From Octopus bimaculoides (lineage: Eukaryota), in contig NC_069001.1 in NCBI RefSeq assembly GCF_001194135.2, forward strand, positions 16,087,866 through 16,119,873: a stretch of 32,008 nt of DNA. The letters run 5' to 3'. Under the pieces are notes generated by a model. The model was not told the DNA's origin. It saw only the letters and a program-made list of their open reading frames with translations, and ran no database searches. The first letter of the stretch is position 1; every line of letters begins with the position of its first letter. The position numbers and the translations under genes were made by a program. This document shows, in pieces, positions 11,812 to 23,000 of this stretch.

Positions 11812-12010
11812 TAGCCCTGGGTCAATCCTGATTGAACAAACAGATGATCAAAATGTGTTAATGCCTGTTTTTTTTTGGGGGGGGGGGAAGTATGTAACAA
11901 CAGCACTACATTGTCCTTTATTTATAGTGGCAGAGTGTGATTTGAGGGAGGTTTAGCTTCTATTTTTAACACACTGAACAGCAACATAGAAACTTCTCTG
12001 TTGGCTCATT
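11812..12010 (+). repeat. Interspersed repeat family D (class unknown)
   Basis: The motif gatttgagggag(a/g)ttt(g/a)gct(g/t)ctattt recurs at ~8141, ~11940 and ~24000 (+) and at ~14463, ~23198 and ~27824 (-). A 5' motif ccc(t/a)gg(g)tca..cctga...tgatcaaa recurs at ~7635, ~23855 and ~28318. Confidence 0.5.
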
Positions 12011-13349
12011 TTTGTGAGATGGTTTATATTTCAGTTGGTTTAACAATAAATTGTTTCAAAGTGATTGAATAATCCAAACATGGCTTAATACTCACAATAT
12101 AGTCAAAGGGGGAAAAGACAATGTCAATGACCCCTTTCAGGGCTTCAGGATTTTTGAGATTAGTAGGAGAAAAAGAAGAAATTATCCCTCACTGGAGCCA
12201 TTGGTGCAAACACTTGTAAACAAAGCAAACCTCTCTAATGGCACCAATGGACCATGTGGTGATATTAAGCCAACTAATGGATTACGTTGACTTGGTACTC
12301 TAAACCCTAAGACAGAAGAGGTCCCTCTGATATGCTTACACAGTCTCCACCTACCAAAGTTCATTCACAAGGCTTTGTTTGATCCAAATCTATGCTAAAA
12401 GACACATTTTTCAGGGTATAAGGTCACGAGTGCTGATTCAACTTGCCCCTGACTATAAATTAAAAAGTCAGTTTATTATTTGTTTTGCAAGATTCTTGTG
12501 AAATTGTGCATTAAAGCAGATGTTGTACCTTGGGAGGGTCATTCTGTCAATAAAACACACACACTGATTATTTTTGATGAAAAGACTATGTACCAACTCA
12601 CTGATGTGTGTGTGTGATAGAGAGGAAGGAGAGACAAGGCAGAGGGTTTGGGGGAGAAAGGGGAGACTGAAAGAATGGGAACATGTAGGAAGGAAGCAAC
12701 AAAAGGGTTAGGGACAAGATAGAAGGGGTAGAAAAAAATGAATATTGGTGTTTGAGTAAAATCTTAAAAAACAGTTTGAACAGAATTGCACCAGTATAGT
12801 GTATATAAGAAATAGTTTTGACATAATCAAATGAAATACACAGAGAGAGATGAGAATGAGCAAAGATGATATTGGAAAATTTATTTTGAAAATATACATA
12901 TTAAAAGAAAATTTTTAAAAAAGTAGATTGGCAATAAGAAAAAAAAGGGAAGAAATGGTGTGCATATATATTTTTAAAAAGATTATTTAAATCTTTAAAT
13001 CTATGGAATGGTGTAGATTCTATGTAGAAAGAAACCTAAGATTTTAACAGACATATATCTTCAAAAGATTTTTAAAATTGTGTTTTTTCAGTATATGTTT
13101 TCGAATGCTGAAATTTTCATTGGCTCTTTTCATACAACCATAAATAGATTACCAACTTATCATATGATTATTAAATATAGAATTATACATGTGAATACAA
13201 AGATTAAAAATACCAGGTATTTGTCTTTGGTGCATAAAATAAATATGTAACACACACACACACACACACACACATCTGAACACAAAAATGTCTAAATTAA
13301 AAGACTTTTTCACATAAGAATAGTCTTGGAAATAATATGAAATAAACTA

Positions 13350-13608
13350 TGTGAAGACACATGGCTTAATGATAGGTTGTTGTACTCCCAATTGCTAGAT
13401 CGTGGATTCAATTCCCAGACCGGGTGGCACATTGAGTTCCCGAGCAAAACACTTCATTTCACATTGCTCCAGTCCCGGTTTCAATCGGTGGGGATTGTTG
13501 GCCTGCCTGCCTAGTCCGTGGGATAGCATTATTCGAAGGGTAAAATGATGCAAAGCACATTGTGACCAGCGATGTGTAACAACATCTGATAGGTCATGTG
13601 ATCACATG
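13350..13608 (+). mobile_element. CORE-like tRNA-headed SINE (family B), full length
   Basis: Head gtgaagacacatggcttaatg, B-box-like ggattcaattccc, CORE-like gagcaaaacacttcatttcac; exact 13-bp TSD atgaaataaacta at 13337-13349 and 13609-13621. Confidence 0.85.
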
Positions 13609-13789
13609 ATGAAATAAACTAAATTAAAAAATGTCGGTCTTTGACTTTTTTACCCTTTATCATATAATCAGGGGGTAAGTTGTACTCCTGACCTGTTACA
13701 AGGCCTACAAAACTGGTGGGACGGAGGAGTGGAGTAGACTTTATTAAAGATAGTCAAGGTGCCAGCTTGTGGTATTAAACCAAATAATG

Positions 13790-13985
13790 GAATAACTCTT
13801 CAACTGAAGAAGGTTCAGGTGGGATTTGAACTCAGAACTAAGAGGCATGGACATATCCTGCAAGGTATCTAGCTTAACATTCTTCAGTTCCGTCAGTCTG
13901 CCATCCTAGATTTGTACGCATTTTATCAACCCCTGAAGTGATGAAAGGCAAAGTTGACCTTAGCAGGATTGGAGCTCAGAACACT
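13790..13985 (-). mobile_element. Degenerate family A SINE fragments
   Basis: gggatttgaactcagaac and tttatcaacccctgaagtgatgaaaggcaaagttgacc are reverse complements of the B-box and core. Confidence 0.6.
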
Positions 13986-14509
13986 GGCATATGCATAAAA
14001 AAGAGGAGAAAAGAAAACTTGAACCCCATTACAAAATTTAAGTTGTGACATTATCCTTCAATAAAACTAAAAAATTAAAATATTTTGAAAGTTAACCTTT
14101 AATCCCTGTTTAAAAATAAAATTTTAAAATATCTTAAACTCTGAGATTAAATAGAAAATGTAAATAAAAAGTTTAAAAGACATTATTAGATAATTTTTTT
14201 CATTCATTTAGTTTATGAAAGATAAACATGTGGTGTTTACATGCATAGCCTTATAGAGTTTCATGGCAAAAGGACCGGTGAAAGAAATGGCAGTCTTTAT
14301 ATGGTTGCATGGAAAGAACCAATGAAAAAATATGACATTTGAAGCATTTGCTATCTGGAGTAAATACAAGAGTCCCCTCACCAAAAATGAAAGGCATTTT
14401 GTGATTATCTTTATACTGTTTATGAAAGAGTTTTCCTACTAGTAGTCAGTTACCTGACATGTGAGAAATAGTAGCCAGATATCTTTCAAATAACACCTTA
14501 CCATCATAA

Positions 14510-14726
14510 CCCTTTAACATTCAGATTTCACTGCCAAATGTAATGCTTATTTATTCACATTGTTTTGAATTAATCATGCATTATCTCAGAGCTTCAAGAT
14601 TTCAACAATGGGACCATTTATTTGTACAATGACGTAATAGGGTTGGTGTGAGAGGCCAGATCTAACTGGTTTCGGCATAAAACATGTTCAATATGGCCTG
14701 TTATGGCCAATTTAAATGCTAAAGGG
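14510..14726 (+). mobile_element. piggyBac-like MITE (family E), copy 1
   Basis: Termini CCCTTTAACATT...AATGCTAAAGGG with degenerate TTAA flanks (ATAA/TTAT); homologous along its length to 15781-16000. Confidence 0.8.
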
Positions 14727-15780
14727 TTATTAAAAAAAATTTTTTTTAGAAGACCATGGATAATGTTATCCTAGATACTATATCTGATGAGATGGTCATT
14801 GGTGAAATGTCTCTCCCTGCTGACATGGGTTTATTTGAGCCATCACAGTCCAAGTTACTTCCTATTGTGAGTTATTGCCTTCCTAGATGAGAACCATCTC
14901 TTTCTTGTACATCCCATTTTTGGCATGGTTTCTTTGGTTGGATTTCTTTGCCTAACACCAACTCCCTTCTCACTTTGTGCATGGAGAACTTTTTATCATG
15001 GCACCAGCATTAGAGAGGGTGTCTTGACTTTGGCAAAACTAGAAAGTTCACTCAAACTTATACTGTCTATTTCTTCCCTATCCACTTTACAGTATGTACT
15101 CTGTGTGTGTGTCTCTCTCTCTCTACATATAAATAATTGTCATTCAATTTATAATTTCCTATTTATATAATTATTATTATAAACCAGGCATTCTGCAGCT
15201 GTGCACCCTACATTAATATTATGCACTAAAGATAGGGCAATGAGGTGTGTATGTTTGTATACCACAGCAAGTAGTAATTAATATCTAAAGAGGTTTTTTG
15301 TTTATATATTTTCTAATAGGATGCCAACAGAGCTTTCCTTCTTATATAATTCATAAATATGCTATTTGGAGGCAAGGGTGTGTGTCTGTGCATATGAGAG
15401 AGAGAGAGAGAGAGATTGATTAATTGAAATACTGAGATAGTTAACAAATTATTCTGTTTTTATATTGTTTATGCTATTATACTCCACTCATTAAAATAGT
15501 AATCTAATTCATTTTAATTGGCTTACCTTTGAAAATGAGATGATGATATTTGTGTCTTTTCTTTTGTTGTTTTTTTTTAATCAACAAATATAGAATCATT
15601 ATTCTATAAGTTATTGTTTACAATAAAAGATGGCAGCTATATAAGACTGAGTGTGTAAGTGACATTGAGAGAATATGCAAATATTGGTATTTCAGACTCT
15701 ACTTCACAAGGAATTTTATGTGAAATTATATACAAATACTAAAACTATTCCAACATAGCAGAAACCTGAGATCCTTTTAA

Positions 15781-16000
15781 TCCTTTAGATTTCAGATTAC
15801 TTTGTCAAATGTAATGCTTATAAATTTACTGCATTTTGACTTAATCAGGCATTATCTTGTAGCTTCAAGATTTCAATGACATGATTGTTTATTTTTAGAA
15901 TGACATTGTAGGGTAGGCATGAGAGGCCTGATGTAGGCAGTTTGAACATAAAACAAATAGAATACTCAGGTCAGATATAGCTGGTTTAAATGCTAAAGGG
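15781..16000 (+). mobile_element. piggyBac-like MITE (family E), copy 2
   Basis: TTAA on both sides (15777-15780 and 16001-16004), termini tcctttag...ctaaaggg, homologous to 14510-14726. Confidence 0.85.
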
Positions 16001-16303
16001 TTAAACATACATACACACAAATACACACATTGCTTCTCCAACTTTTGATTTATTTCATAATAGTTTTCATTTCATTTTTACATCCCCTTTTCTGAAAGTG
16101 GCAACAGTTTGGACAGAGACTTATTGAGGCAGCATCTTTATGGATGCCCAGTTGCATTTTCTGCAGCCAATACATACCTAATTTTTCATGTAAGGTACTT
16201 TATCTTTATTCCACAAGTTTTCACACAGAGCTATGGAATGTACTGTTCATAGGAGATCTAAGCATGGCATCAAGGGCAGACACACAAAATTTAAATAGTT
16301 ATG

Positions 16304-16334
<31 letters not shown>

Positions 16335-16485
16335 AATGGTTTTCCATACAGTTTCTGCTGCTTACCAATTCCACTCAAAGGTGTTGGTCAGACTGAGGTT
16401 TCAGTAAAAGACACTAGCTCAAAGTCTCCTCACTGGCACAGAACCCTAAACTATCAGGTCATGAAACAAGCTTTGTGCCCACCTA
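16335..16485 (-). mobile_element. Degenerate SINE (family H)
   Basis: tacagtttctg...ccaattccactcaaagg...gtaaaagacact, shared with 21320-21535. Confidence 0.55.
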
Positions 16486-16489
16486 TATT

Positions 16490-16655
16490 CATCATCATCA
16501 TTTAACGTCCGCTTTACATGCTAGCATGGGTTGGACGATTTGACTAAGGACTGGTGAACCAGATGGCTACACCAGGCTCCAATCTGATTTGGCAGAGTTT
16601 CTACAGCTGGATGCCCTTCCTAATGCCAACCACTCTGAGAGTGTAGTGGGTGCTT
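16490..16655 (-). mobile_element. Young family C SINE ((GAT)n tail, V-SINE-like GGAAGGGCATCCAGCTGTA motif)
   Basis: About 93% identical (9 mismatches in ~129 bp, counted by hand) to the reverse complement of 30013-30142; ends in (ATG)n. The V-SINE resemblance is from memory. Confidence 0.88.
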
Positions 16656-17588
16656 ATATATTCTTATATAACATAGTATTTATTATATAACAGTATATAA
16701 CAGAGATGCAGGCATTAGTCATGTTTGCATAAAGTAATAAAATATATTATGAAGTATCAAACTATTTCATCATAATTCTATGACTTGGATTACGAGGTAT
16801 GACAAAAGAATTTTGGCACTAAATAACATACAATATTACAACAAAAAATAAAACAAAAATCAATATAATTGTATATGTATGTTTACTTAGATGGCTATCA
16901 TGACTTATTTATTATAATTTTCTTTTTCCTTACAAGTCATTTTCTAGAAATGTCTGCTAAGTCATTAATTTGAAATAAAAATATGAAATATATTTGGTAG
17001 AACACCACGTAATTATTTTTTTCTTTTATCACTTCAAATGATGTTTATATCTGTTGGATAAACATGACTTCTGTGACCTGTTCACAGTATATTTTCACAG
17101 CAATACTAATTATACTTATTAAACATATTATATTGTATATGGTTTCATATATACATCTAAATATAGCTTAATTCACTGTAGGACATCCACCAACATCCAT
17201 AATGTCGAACCTCTTGAAGTACAGTTTGTTGTAATTTGTAGCTGTTTAGTCCAAAGTCAGCCCTGATCCATTACATCAATTTTCAAATCTCAGGTTAGCA
17301 AACCTAATTCAGCAGGCCCATGATTAAGTCCCAGATCAGTCCTCATCAAATAAATCATAGATCAACTCTCATGTAAACCCTAATCCAATAACCTTATGAT
17401 CAAAGACATTTCTCCCCATGCAGGGGAACTGAAACTTGATCATCATGAAAGTGCTGCAAACTACACACGCATTCTACCATGCCTGCACACAGGCACTTCC
17501 ACATATGCCCCACCACACATACACACACTATAACAGAATTAATTTTTGTTTATCAAAAGTTTAAACTTTGTGTAAATTTTCCTCTTAC

Positions 17589-17789
17589 CTTATAGTCAGG
17601 TCCTACTGGTTTTCTACAAACATAACAGTTGTGGGCAAACAATTCTTGATAACAAGGTATACAGTAGGGATTCTCATCTTTTAAGATATATCTACAAGCT
17701 ATCAGTTTTTTGTCGCAGTGTTTGCAGGCCAGGTGATCTTTGTGGAAATTCTGTTCCATTGCTTTTGTGTATTCAGAAGAAAATATTAG
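17589..17789 (-). CDS. FHL2: Internal coding exon (67 aa, phase 0-0) of a Limpet/LIM-9/four-and-a-half-LIM (FHL2-like) LIM-domain protein: LIFSSEYTKAMEQNFHKDHLACKHCDKKLIACRYILKDENPYCIPCYQELFAHNCYVCRKPVGPDYK
   Basis: Acceptor ttgcttttcttttaatttcAG (AG at 17791-17790) and donor AAG|GTAAGA (GT at 17588-17587) enclose 201 nt with no stop. The translation has the LIM pattern H-x2-H-x2-C-x2-C-x17-C-x2-C followed by a new C-x2-C. It matches the Limpet/FHL motifs LIFSGEYTKAM, RYxLxxExPYC and FANxCxxC..IGxDxK from memory. The symbol means FHL2-like/Limpet family; orthology is not established. Confidence 0.93.
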
Positions 17790-18064
17790 CTGAAATTAAA
17801 AGAAAAGCAATCATTAGTTTATAGACTACGAAGAAGGTAGTTTTGTATATTATACAAAAAGGTATTAAAAATGAGGTGGGGGTGAGGGAAACAAAAGAGG
17901 TAGATGTCAGATAAATATGTCAATTTTCATTTTATTTCATAATTAAAATAAAGACAACTGAATAATCATCACCATTTAGTGTCAATGTCTAATGTTGCCA
18001 GGAATGGAACAGTTTGACAGCAATTAGTCTAAAGACTGCATTGTGTGTGTGTGTGTGGTTATAT

Positions 18065-18455
18065 AACTCTGCTTTAGCATGGATTCTACAACTGGATACC
18101 CTTTCTAAAGCCAATCACTTTAGAAAGTGTACTGGGTGCTTTTTTGTCATGGCACCAATACTAGTGGGGGGGGGGGTCATCATGCAGCTTGCATGACAGG
18201 TGGTTTTATGCTTGGAGGTCGGGGTTAAAGTATGAAAGAACTGTAATAGTAATTGTTGTATATATAGTGTCACAATATTTTACTAGTGGAATTGATTGTG
18301 TGCATGTGTGTATACATACATACATATATCCTCAACACTTAACATCTGTTTTCCATGTTGGCATGGGTTTGACAGGAGCTGTCTAGCCAGAGAACTGTCC
18401 AGCTTCCAATTATCTGTTTTGGCATAATTTTTATGGCTGGATGTCCTTCCTAAGT
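18065..18455 (-). mobile_element. Two old family C SINE fragments (18065-18165 and 18335-18455)
   Basis: ttagcatggattctacaactggataccctttctaaagccaatcac and ttaacatctgttttccatgttggcatggg...tggctggatgtccttccta. Confidence 0.65.
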
Positions 18456-18762
18456 AGTGTTCATATCCCTATTGCCCATCTTTAAAGCACCAGGCTCTTT
18501 CTTTCTCTCTCACTGATGATGATGATGATAACAATAGTGATGATGATGAATTCCCGGAAATGTCATGCAATGCATACTTCTATTTATTTTGTGTGGTAAA
18601 GGGGTTTGAGAGTTTCTACTGTGATATCATTTTCTAAGGCATGGCATAAGAAGCATTATGAAAATACAGATTCTTTCTAAGCCTTTCAGCTGAAATACCT
18701 TATCGAGGAAGGCAATTAGTCTCAAGTTACAATGTCTGGTATTTTCATGTAAGGCTACTTAC

Positions 18763-18923
18763 AATTATTTCGTGGTTACACCGTGGAATTGGCCCCTATC
18801 ATATTCGCAATGTATATAGATCATTCCCATCATCACCAGCACCATCAGCACACTCCTACCAACACCGCCCTTAACACCAATAGCATCATTATTATCATTG
18901 AGTTAATTGCTGTTTTTCTAACT
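18763..18923 (-). other. Candidate non-coding alternative first exon of the LIM gene
   Basis: Strong donor ATT|GTAAGT (GTAAGT at 18762-18757), Inr-like TTAGTT at 18925-18920, GC box GGGCGG at 18870-18865, five CpGs within 18771-18927, and a G4 motif immediately upstream. No transcript evidence. Confidence 0.3.
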
Positions 18924-18930
18924 AACGGAA

Positions 18931-18947
18931 GGGTGGGTAGGGTTGGG
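18931..18947 (+). promoter_or_regulatory. Canonical G-quadruplex motif GGGTGGGTAGGGTTGGG
   Basis: Four G3 tracts with loops of 1, 2 and 2 nt, read directly from the sequence. A regulatory role is inferred only. Confidence 0.55.
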
Positions 18948-19581
18948 AATGGAAAGGAGAGATGCATAGTTTGGAGAAAAGGCAACAACATAACAATATA
19001 TTCTTTCCAATAAAAGGAAATAGCTTTGGTAGAGATGTTATCTAATAAGCAGAACGTATTGCAATGTAATTAGTCTTTTATTCTGGCTGAGAAATTATAT
19101 GCTCAGGTATTTCAATGCTTGTAAAAACTCACAAAGTAGGGTTGAATAATAATTAATACTATTGTGTTAAATGAAAGAACTTTTATTGGAAAATATACAA
19201 AGAATTTAATATATTTTCAATGAAAAACATGAAAAATTATGTTGATTTCTGTTTTCTTAACTTTTATCTGACCATTTTTTGTTGTATCTTGGAAGAGTCA
19301 CTATGTCAATAATAAACACACACAGTTTCTATTTCACTTCTTTTGTTATTTTTTATGTCAAATATTTAACCATTTAACCAATCAATTGTTTCATTAATCA
19401 TTCAGTCATCATTCACGACCTCATCAATAATATGCCCTGTCAGTTTCAGGTCTTGAAGCTGATTAACTGAATAAGTATCCATTTAACCAATCAACTAGTC
19501 AACTGTTTGATTAAACAATTAATAATGACAAAAGAAATGAAACGGAACCAGTGTTATCAGCATAAAGAAAAACTGGCATTT

Positions 19582-19885
19582 CATTGAATGTTCCAGTTGA
19601 TCCATTCAATGGAACAGCCTGTCCTTGAAATTAATGTGCAAGTGGCTGAGTACTCCACAGACACACATACCTTTGATATGGTTCTCAGGGAGATTGAGCA
19701 TGACACAAGATGTAACAAGGCTGGCTCTTTGAAAAACAGGTACTACTCATTTTTATCAGCTGGGTGGAGTGGAACAATGTGAAATAAAGTGTCTTGCTCA
19801 AGGACACAATGCACCACTGGGTCTTGAACTCATGACCTTACAATCATGAGCCAAATACCCTAACCACTGAGCCACACACCTTCAC
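19582..19885 (-). mobile_element. CORE-like tRNA-headed SINE (family B) with a different tail
   Basis: Minus strand: A-box TGGCTCAGTGG, B-box GAGTTCAAGACC, TGTGTCCTTGAGCAAGACACTT (compare the MIR CORE TGTGACCTTGGGCAAGTCACTT). Confidence 0.85.
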
Positions 19886-20064
19886 AATGGTATAAAACCT
19901 GTCTGTGATACAACAAAATATGTTGTAACCATGTTTCTACTGAAGTATGCTTCCCATGTTTTGAATTTAATTTTGAAAAATAATTAAGAATTTAGATGGA
20001 TAATCTTTGTTATTATGAAATAGGTTTTTGGAATATAACAATCATTCTCAGATAAAATATCAAA

Positions 20065-20470
20065 CCTTTTAATATCAATCCACCCGAACCTGCCCCTGGT
20101 TCTACAAGAGAGTGCTGAAACATTCCTTGCTTTGGGTAAAAGGAAATACAGGAGGATCAGTTAATTATGATTTTGTTCAACATATTCTTCTCTCAGATTC
20201 ACACACTTATTGCAGTGGTCCTTCAGTTTTTCTAAGCCCTGTAAAAGAACTCAGAAGGTTGGACCTCCAACCAGGCCTTTTGTAATACCCTTAAAGTTAG
20301 GAACTTTTCAGCACCCCCTGGTAAAATATAAACTTCCTGTCTTCAAATTTAAACCTTCCATCAAAATTTCATGTTAATTTTTTTCAAACAACCTTTTAAT
20401 AGCAACAAAGTTATTTTACTAAATTTCTCATTGACACTGTGTTTCAATAAAAAATATAGTGCATAAAGCA
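20065..20470 (+). mobile_element. Family F MITE split by a mariner MITE
   Basis: Left part (ccttttaatatcaatcc...ggttcta) and right part (aaacttcctg...aaaccttccatcaaaatttcatg...ttattttactaaatt) are collinear with the reverse complement of 1999-2214. Confidence 0.7.
20105..20321 (-). mobile_element. Mariner-derived MITE (family G) nested in a family F MITE
   Basis: TIRs gagtgctgaaacattcct / aggaacttttcagcaccc (15/18), TA duplicated at 20103-20104 and 20322-20323. The minus strand reads LQGLEKLKDHCNKCVNLREEYVE. Confidence 0.8.
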
Positions 20471-20589
20471 GTAATGGGAGTTTTAAGTGAACACTTAAAT
20501 TCTTTGCTTGTCCAAAGAATTTTTGTAAGTTTGTCCTCAATGTCCATACTTGTGTTCACACTTTTAGTTAGCTCTTGTTTTATATATTT

Positions 20590-20758
20590 NNNNNNNNNNN
20601 NNNNNNNNNNNNNNNNNNNNNNNNNNNNNNNNNNNNNNNNNNNNNNNNNNNNNNNNNNNNNNNNNNNNNNNNNNNNNNNNNNNNNNNNNNNNNNNNNNNN
20701 NNNNNNNNNNNNNNNNNNNNNNNNNNNNNNNNNNNNNNNNNNNNNNNNNNNNNNNNNN
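20590..20758. other. Assembly gap (169 N)
   Basis: N run. Confidence 1.
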
Positions 20759-20834
20759 GTATACCACATGTGATACACAGGACAGGCAAAAGGGTTAAAA
20801 TGTGCATTTTGTCTCACAGAAACAGAACAGTTAT

Positions 20835-21065
20835 GGCGGCGAGCTGGCAGAAACGTTAGCATGCCGGCCAAAATGCTTAGCGGTATTTCATCTGCCGTTA
20901 TGTTCTGAGTTCAAATTCTGCTGAGGTTGACTTTGCCTTTCATCCTTTTAGGGTCGATAAATTAAGTACCATTTGCGCACTGGGGTCGATGTAATCGACT
21001 TAATCCCTTTGTCTGTCCTTGTTTGTCCCTTCTATGTTTAGCCCCTTGTGGGCAATAAAGAAATA
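20835..21065 (+). mobile_element. Young full-length family A SINE (tail type 2)
   Basis: Collinear with and highly similar to 10304-10535; possible 10-bp TSD agaaacagaa at 20818-20827 and 21066-21075. Confidence 0.92.
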
Positions 21066-21246
21066 AGAAACAGAAGAGGTGGTCTGAAGAAGGGCCGCAA
21101 GGAAAAACAGTAGCAAAAAAATATAACAAGGTTGGAATTAGTTGTTATTTTACTGTGGTAGTGGTGGGTTGTTTTTGTTCAATAATGAGGATTCAAGTAT
21201 TTGATTATCTGGATTATCTGCTCTTGAATTTTGTGTATAAGTGGCA

Positions 21247-21290
21247 AGAAACATGTACCCCTAAAAGTGTATAGAAACATGTACCCCTAA
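21247..21290. repeat. 18-bp exact direct repeat, period 26
   Basis: agaaacatgtacccctaa at 21247-21264 and 21273-21290. Confidence 0.9.
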
Positions 21291-21319
21291 TGTAATACTC
21301 CGGTAAAAATCAGCAGTGT

Positions 21320-21535
21320 GACACGTGAGTGGGACAAGGCCGTACCTTTTGAATTAGAAGTACAATCTCCCAAACAGGCTTCTGTATAGTTTCTGCTTTC
21401 CCAATTTCATTCACAAGGTATGAGTTGAACTGGGGCTATAGAAACTGACATATGCCCAAGATACTACACGATGTGATCAAACCTAAAATCTCATGGTTAC
21501 TAAGTGAACTTCTTAACCAGTCAGCAACACTGCTC
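21320..21535 (-). mobile_element. Degenerate SINE (family H)
   Basis: ggcttctgtatagtttc...ttcattcacaagg...ggggctatag...tgcccaag, shared with 16335-16485 and 12300-12430; a plus-strand head fragment lies at ~28468-28525. Confidence 0.6.
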
Positions 21536-22005
21536 CTACAGTTATGATGTAGTCAAGATATTAAAAAAAAAACAAAAAAACAATTGCACTCTGTTTGTTT
21601 TCTTACTTTGTAACATAACTCAACTGTAAAAAGTAAATGTGCAGATTTATAGTCTGTTATGTAGTAAAACAGTTGTAGCTTGACTGGTACATTCACAGGC
21701 TATAAATATAAATATATAAGTTTGTCAACAAAATGTTCTCACATTCCAAAAGCTATGACATAGCATTATAAAAAGGTAGTATCTGTTGTCAGGGGTCTCT
21801 TAGCTTAATGGTAGAGAATGCTCAACCAGAGTTTGAGAGGTACAGAGTTTGATTCCCTATAGAGGGGCTTGCTGACCACTATTTCGCATCTAAAGAGTAT
21901 TTACCCAATTTTCTAAGCTGTCTTCACAGCCATCCTGCATTCAAGAATTCCTTTATTTTTTGTAGAATATATATATATATATATATATATATCTTGACAG
22001 GAGGT

Positions 22006-22192
22006 CTGATCAATGAGTATCCGGATTGCTGCCATAGTAACAAAGCTAAAGCACGTAGAGTGAAGCCACTTGGCACAGATTGACCTTGAGCTCTGCTGTG
22101 TACGTGCACTAAATTTTAACATTCTAGCTCACTTCCGCTGTTTACAGCAGTGCTTCATTTCTATGGCAAGAGTCCTGATACTTATTGATCAG
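22006..22192. mobile_element. MITE with 32-bp TIRs (probably Tc1/mariner type)
   Basis: 22006-22037 matches the reverse complement of 22161-22192 at 27/32 positions; it lies between TA/CA microsatellites. Confidence 0.7.
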
Positions 22193-22922
22193 TCCACATA
22201 TACACACACACATACATATATAGGCTATACATATACATATATGCATATATGGGTACAGGACGTCACCAACTATAAACAACATGAAGTACAAAAACAAATG
22301 AGTTAAATACGCAAACAAAGAGAGAAAAGAATGGAAAACAGGCCAAGTAACACAAAGAACAATCCTTCATCAGTTGTTGGCTGTCTATCTATTCCTCATT
22401 TCGAGCATTCAACGACAATATGAGTCTTGAAAGACAGTTGCTCCCATAAATTCTAAAATTAAATTTAGGATTTATGGAGGGTGAAAGTTGGGAACGAAAA
22501 CAGGACAGTGGAGACATACAAGGAAACCGAACGAAGACAAGCATGGAGGGTCGTTAGACCAGAACGAGGAGAAAATAGTGAATGCTGGAAGAAATATTTT
22601 CTTTGCAAAGAGAAAAAATAGAAGAGAGGGATGGAAGATGTCCAGTCCTTAGAACGTCATGCAGGAAAAGAAAGATGGATGATGGTCACATATGAGCAAC
22701 AAGAGAAAGAAAAAGAGAAAGAGACAGCGATAGAGACAGATAGAAAACGGTGAAGGGGAGACATACATACATATATATATATATATGCATATATACACTC
22801 ACTATAGATAGATATCACAGAATGTTTATAGTTGTTTTGTTACTGTTTTTCTATTGACACCTAATAGCCCCATGATGATGATGATGGTCATGATGACAAT
22901 TTTGACAGACAGGTTAAGTGTA

Positions 22923-23000
22923 TATTGGCAATCCTTTTAGGGGTCTGGTATCATAAAAAGCATATTGCCAGTCTTTTGGGGGATCTGGTGTCATAAAATG
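22923..23000. repeat. Degenerate 40-bp tandem duplication
   Basis: tattggcaatccttttaggggtctggtatcataaaa followed by tattgccagtcttttgggggatctggtgtcataaaa. Confidence 0.75.

Noticed and set aside
15522-15545. Minus-strand tctcattttcaaAG|GTAAGC resembling a recursive splice site
   Set aside because: The AAG acceptor and short pyrimidine tract are weak; it cannot be distinguished from chance without nascent RNA data.
18551-18559. Perfect STAT/GAS-type site TTCCCGGAA near the candidate promoter
   Set aside because: A single 9-mer can occur by chance in 32 kb, and there is no supporting cluster of sites.
22245-22770. Purine-rich block between microsatellites with CTGATGA on the minus strand (possible hammerhead or Penelope end)
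   Set aside because: No GAAA follows a stem II and no stems could be built. It is probably a repeat, but there is no second copy in the window to support a class.
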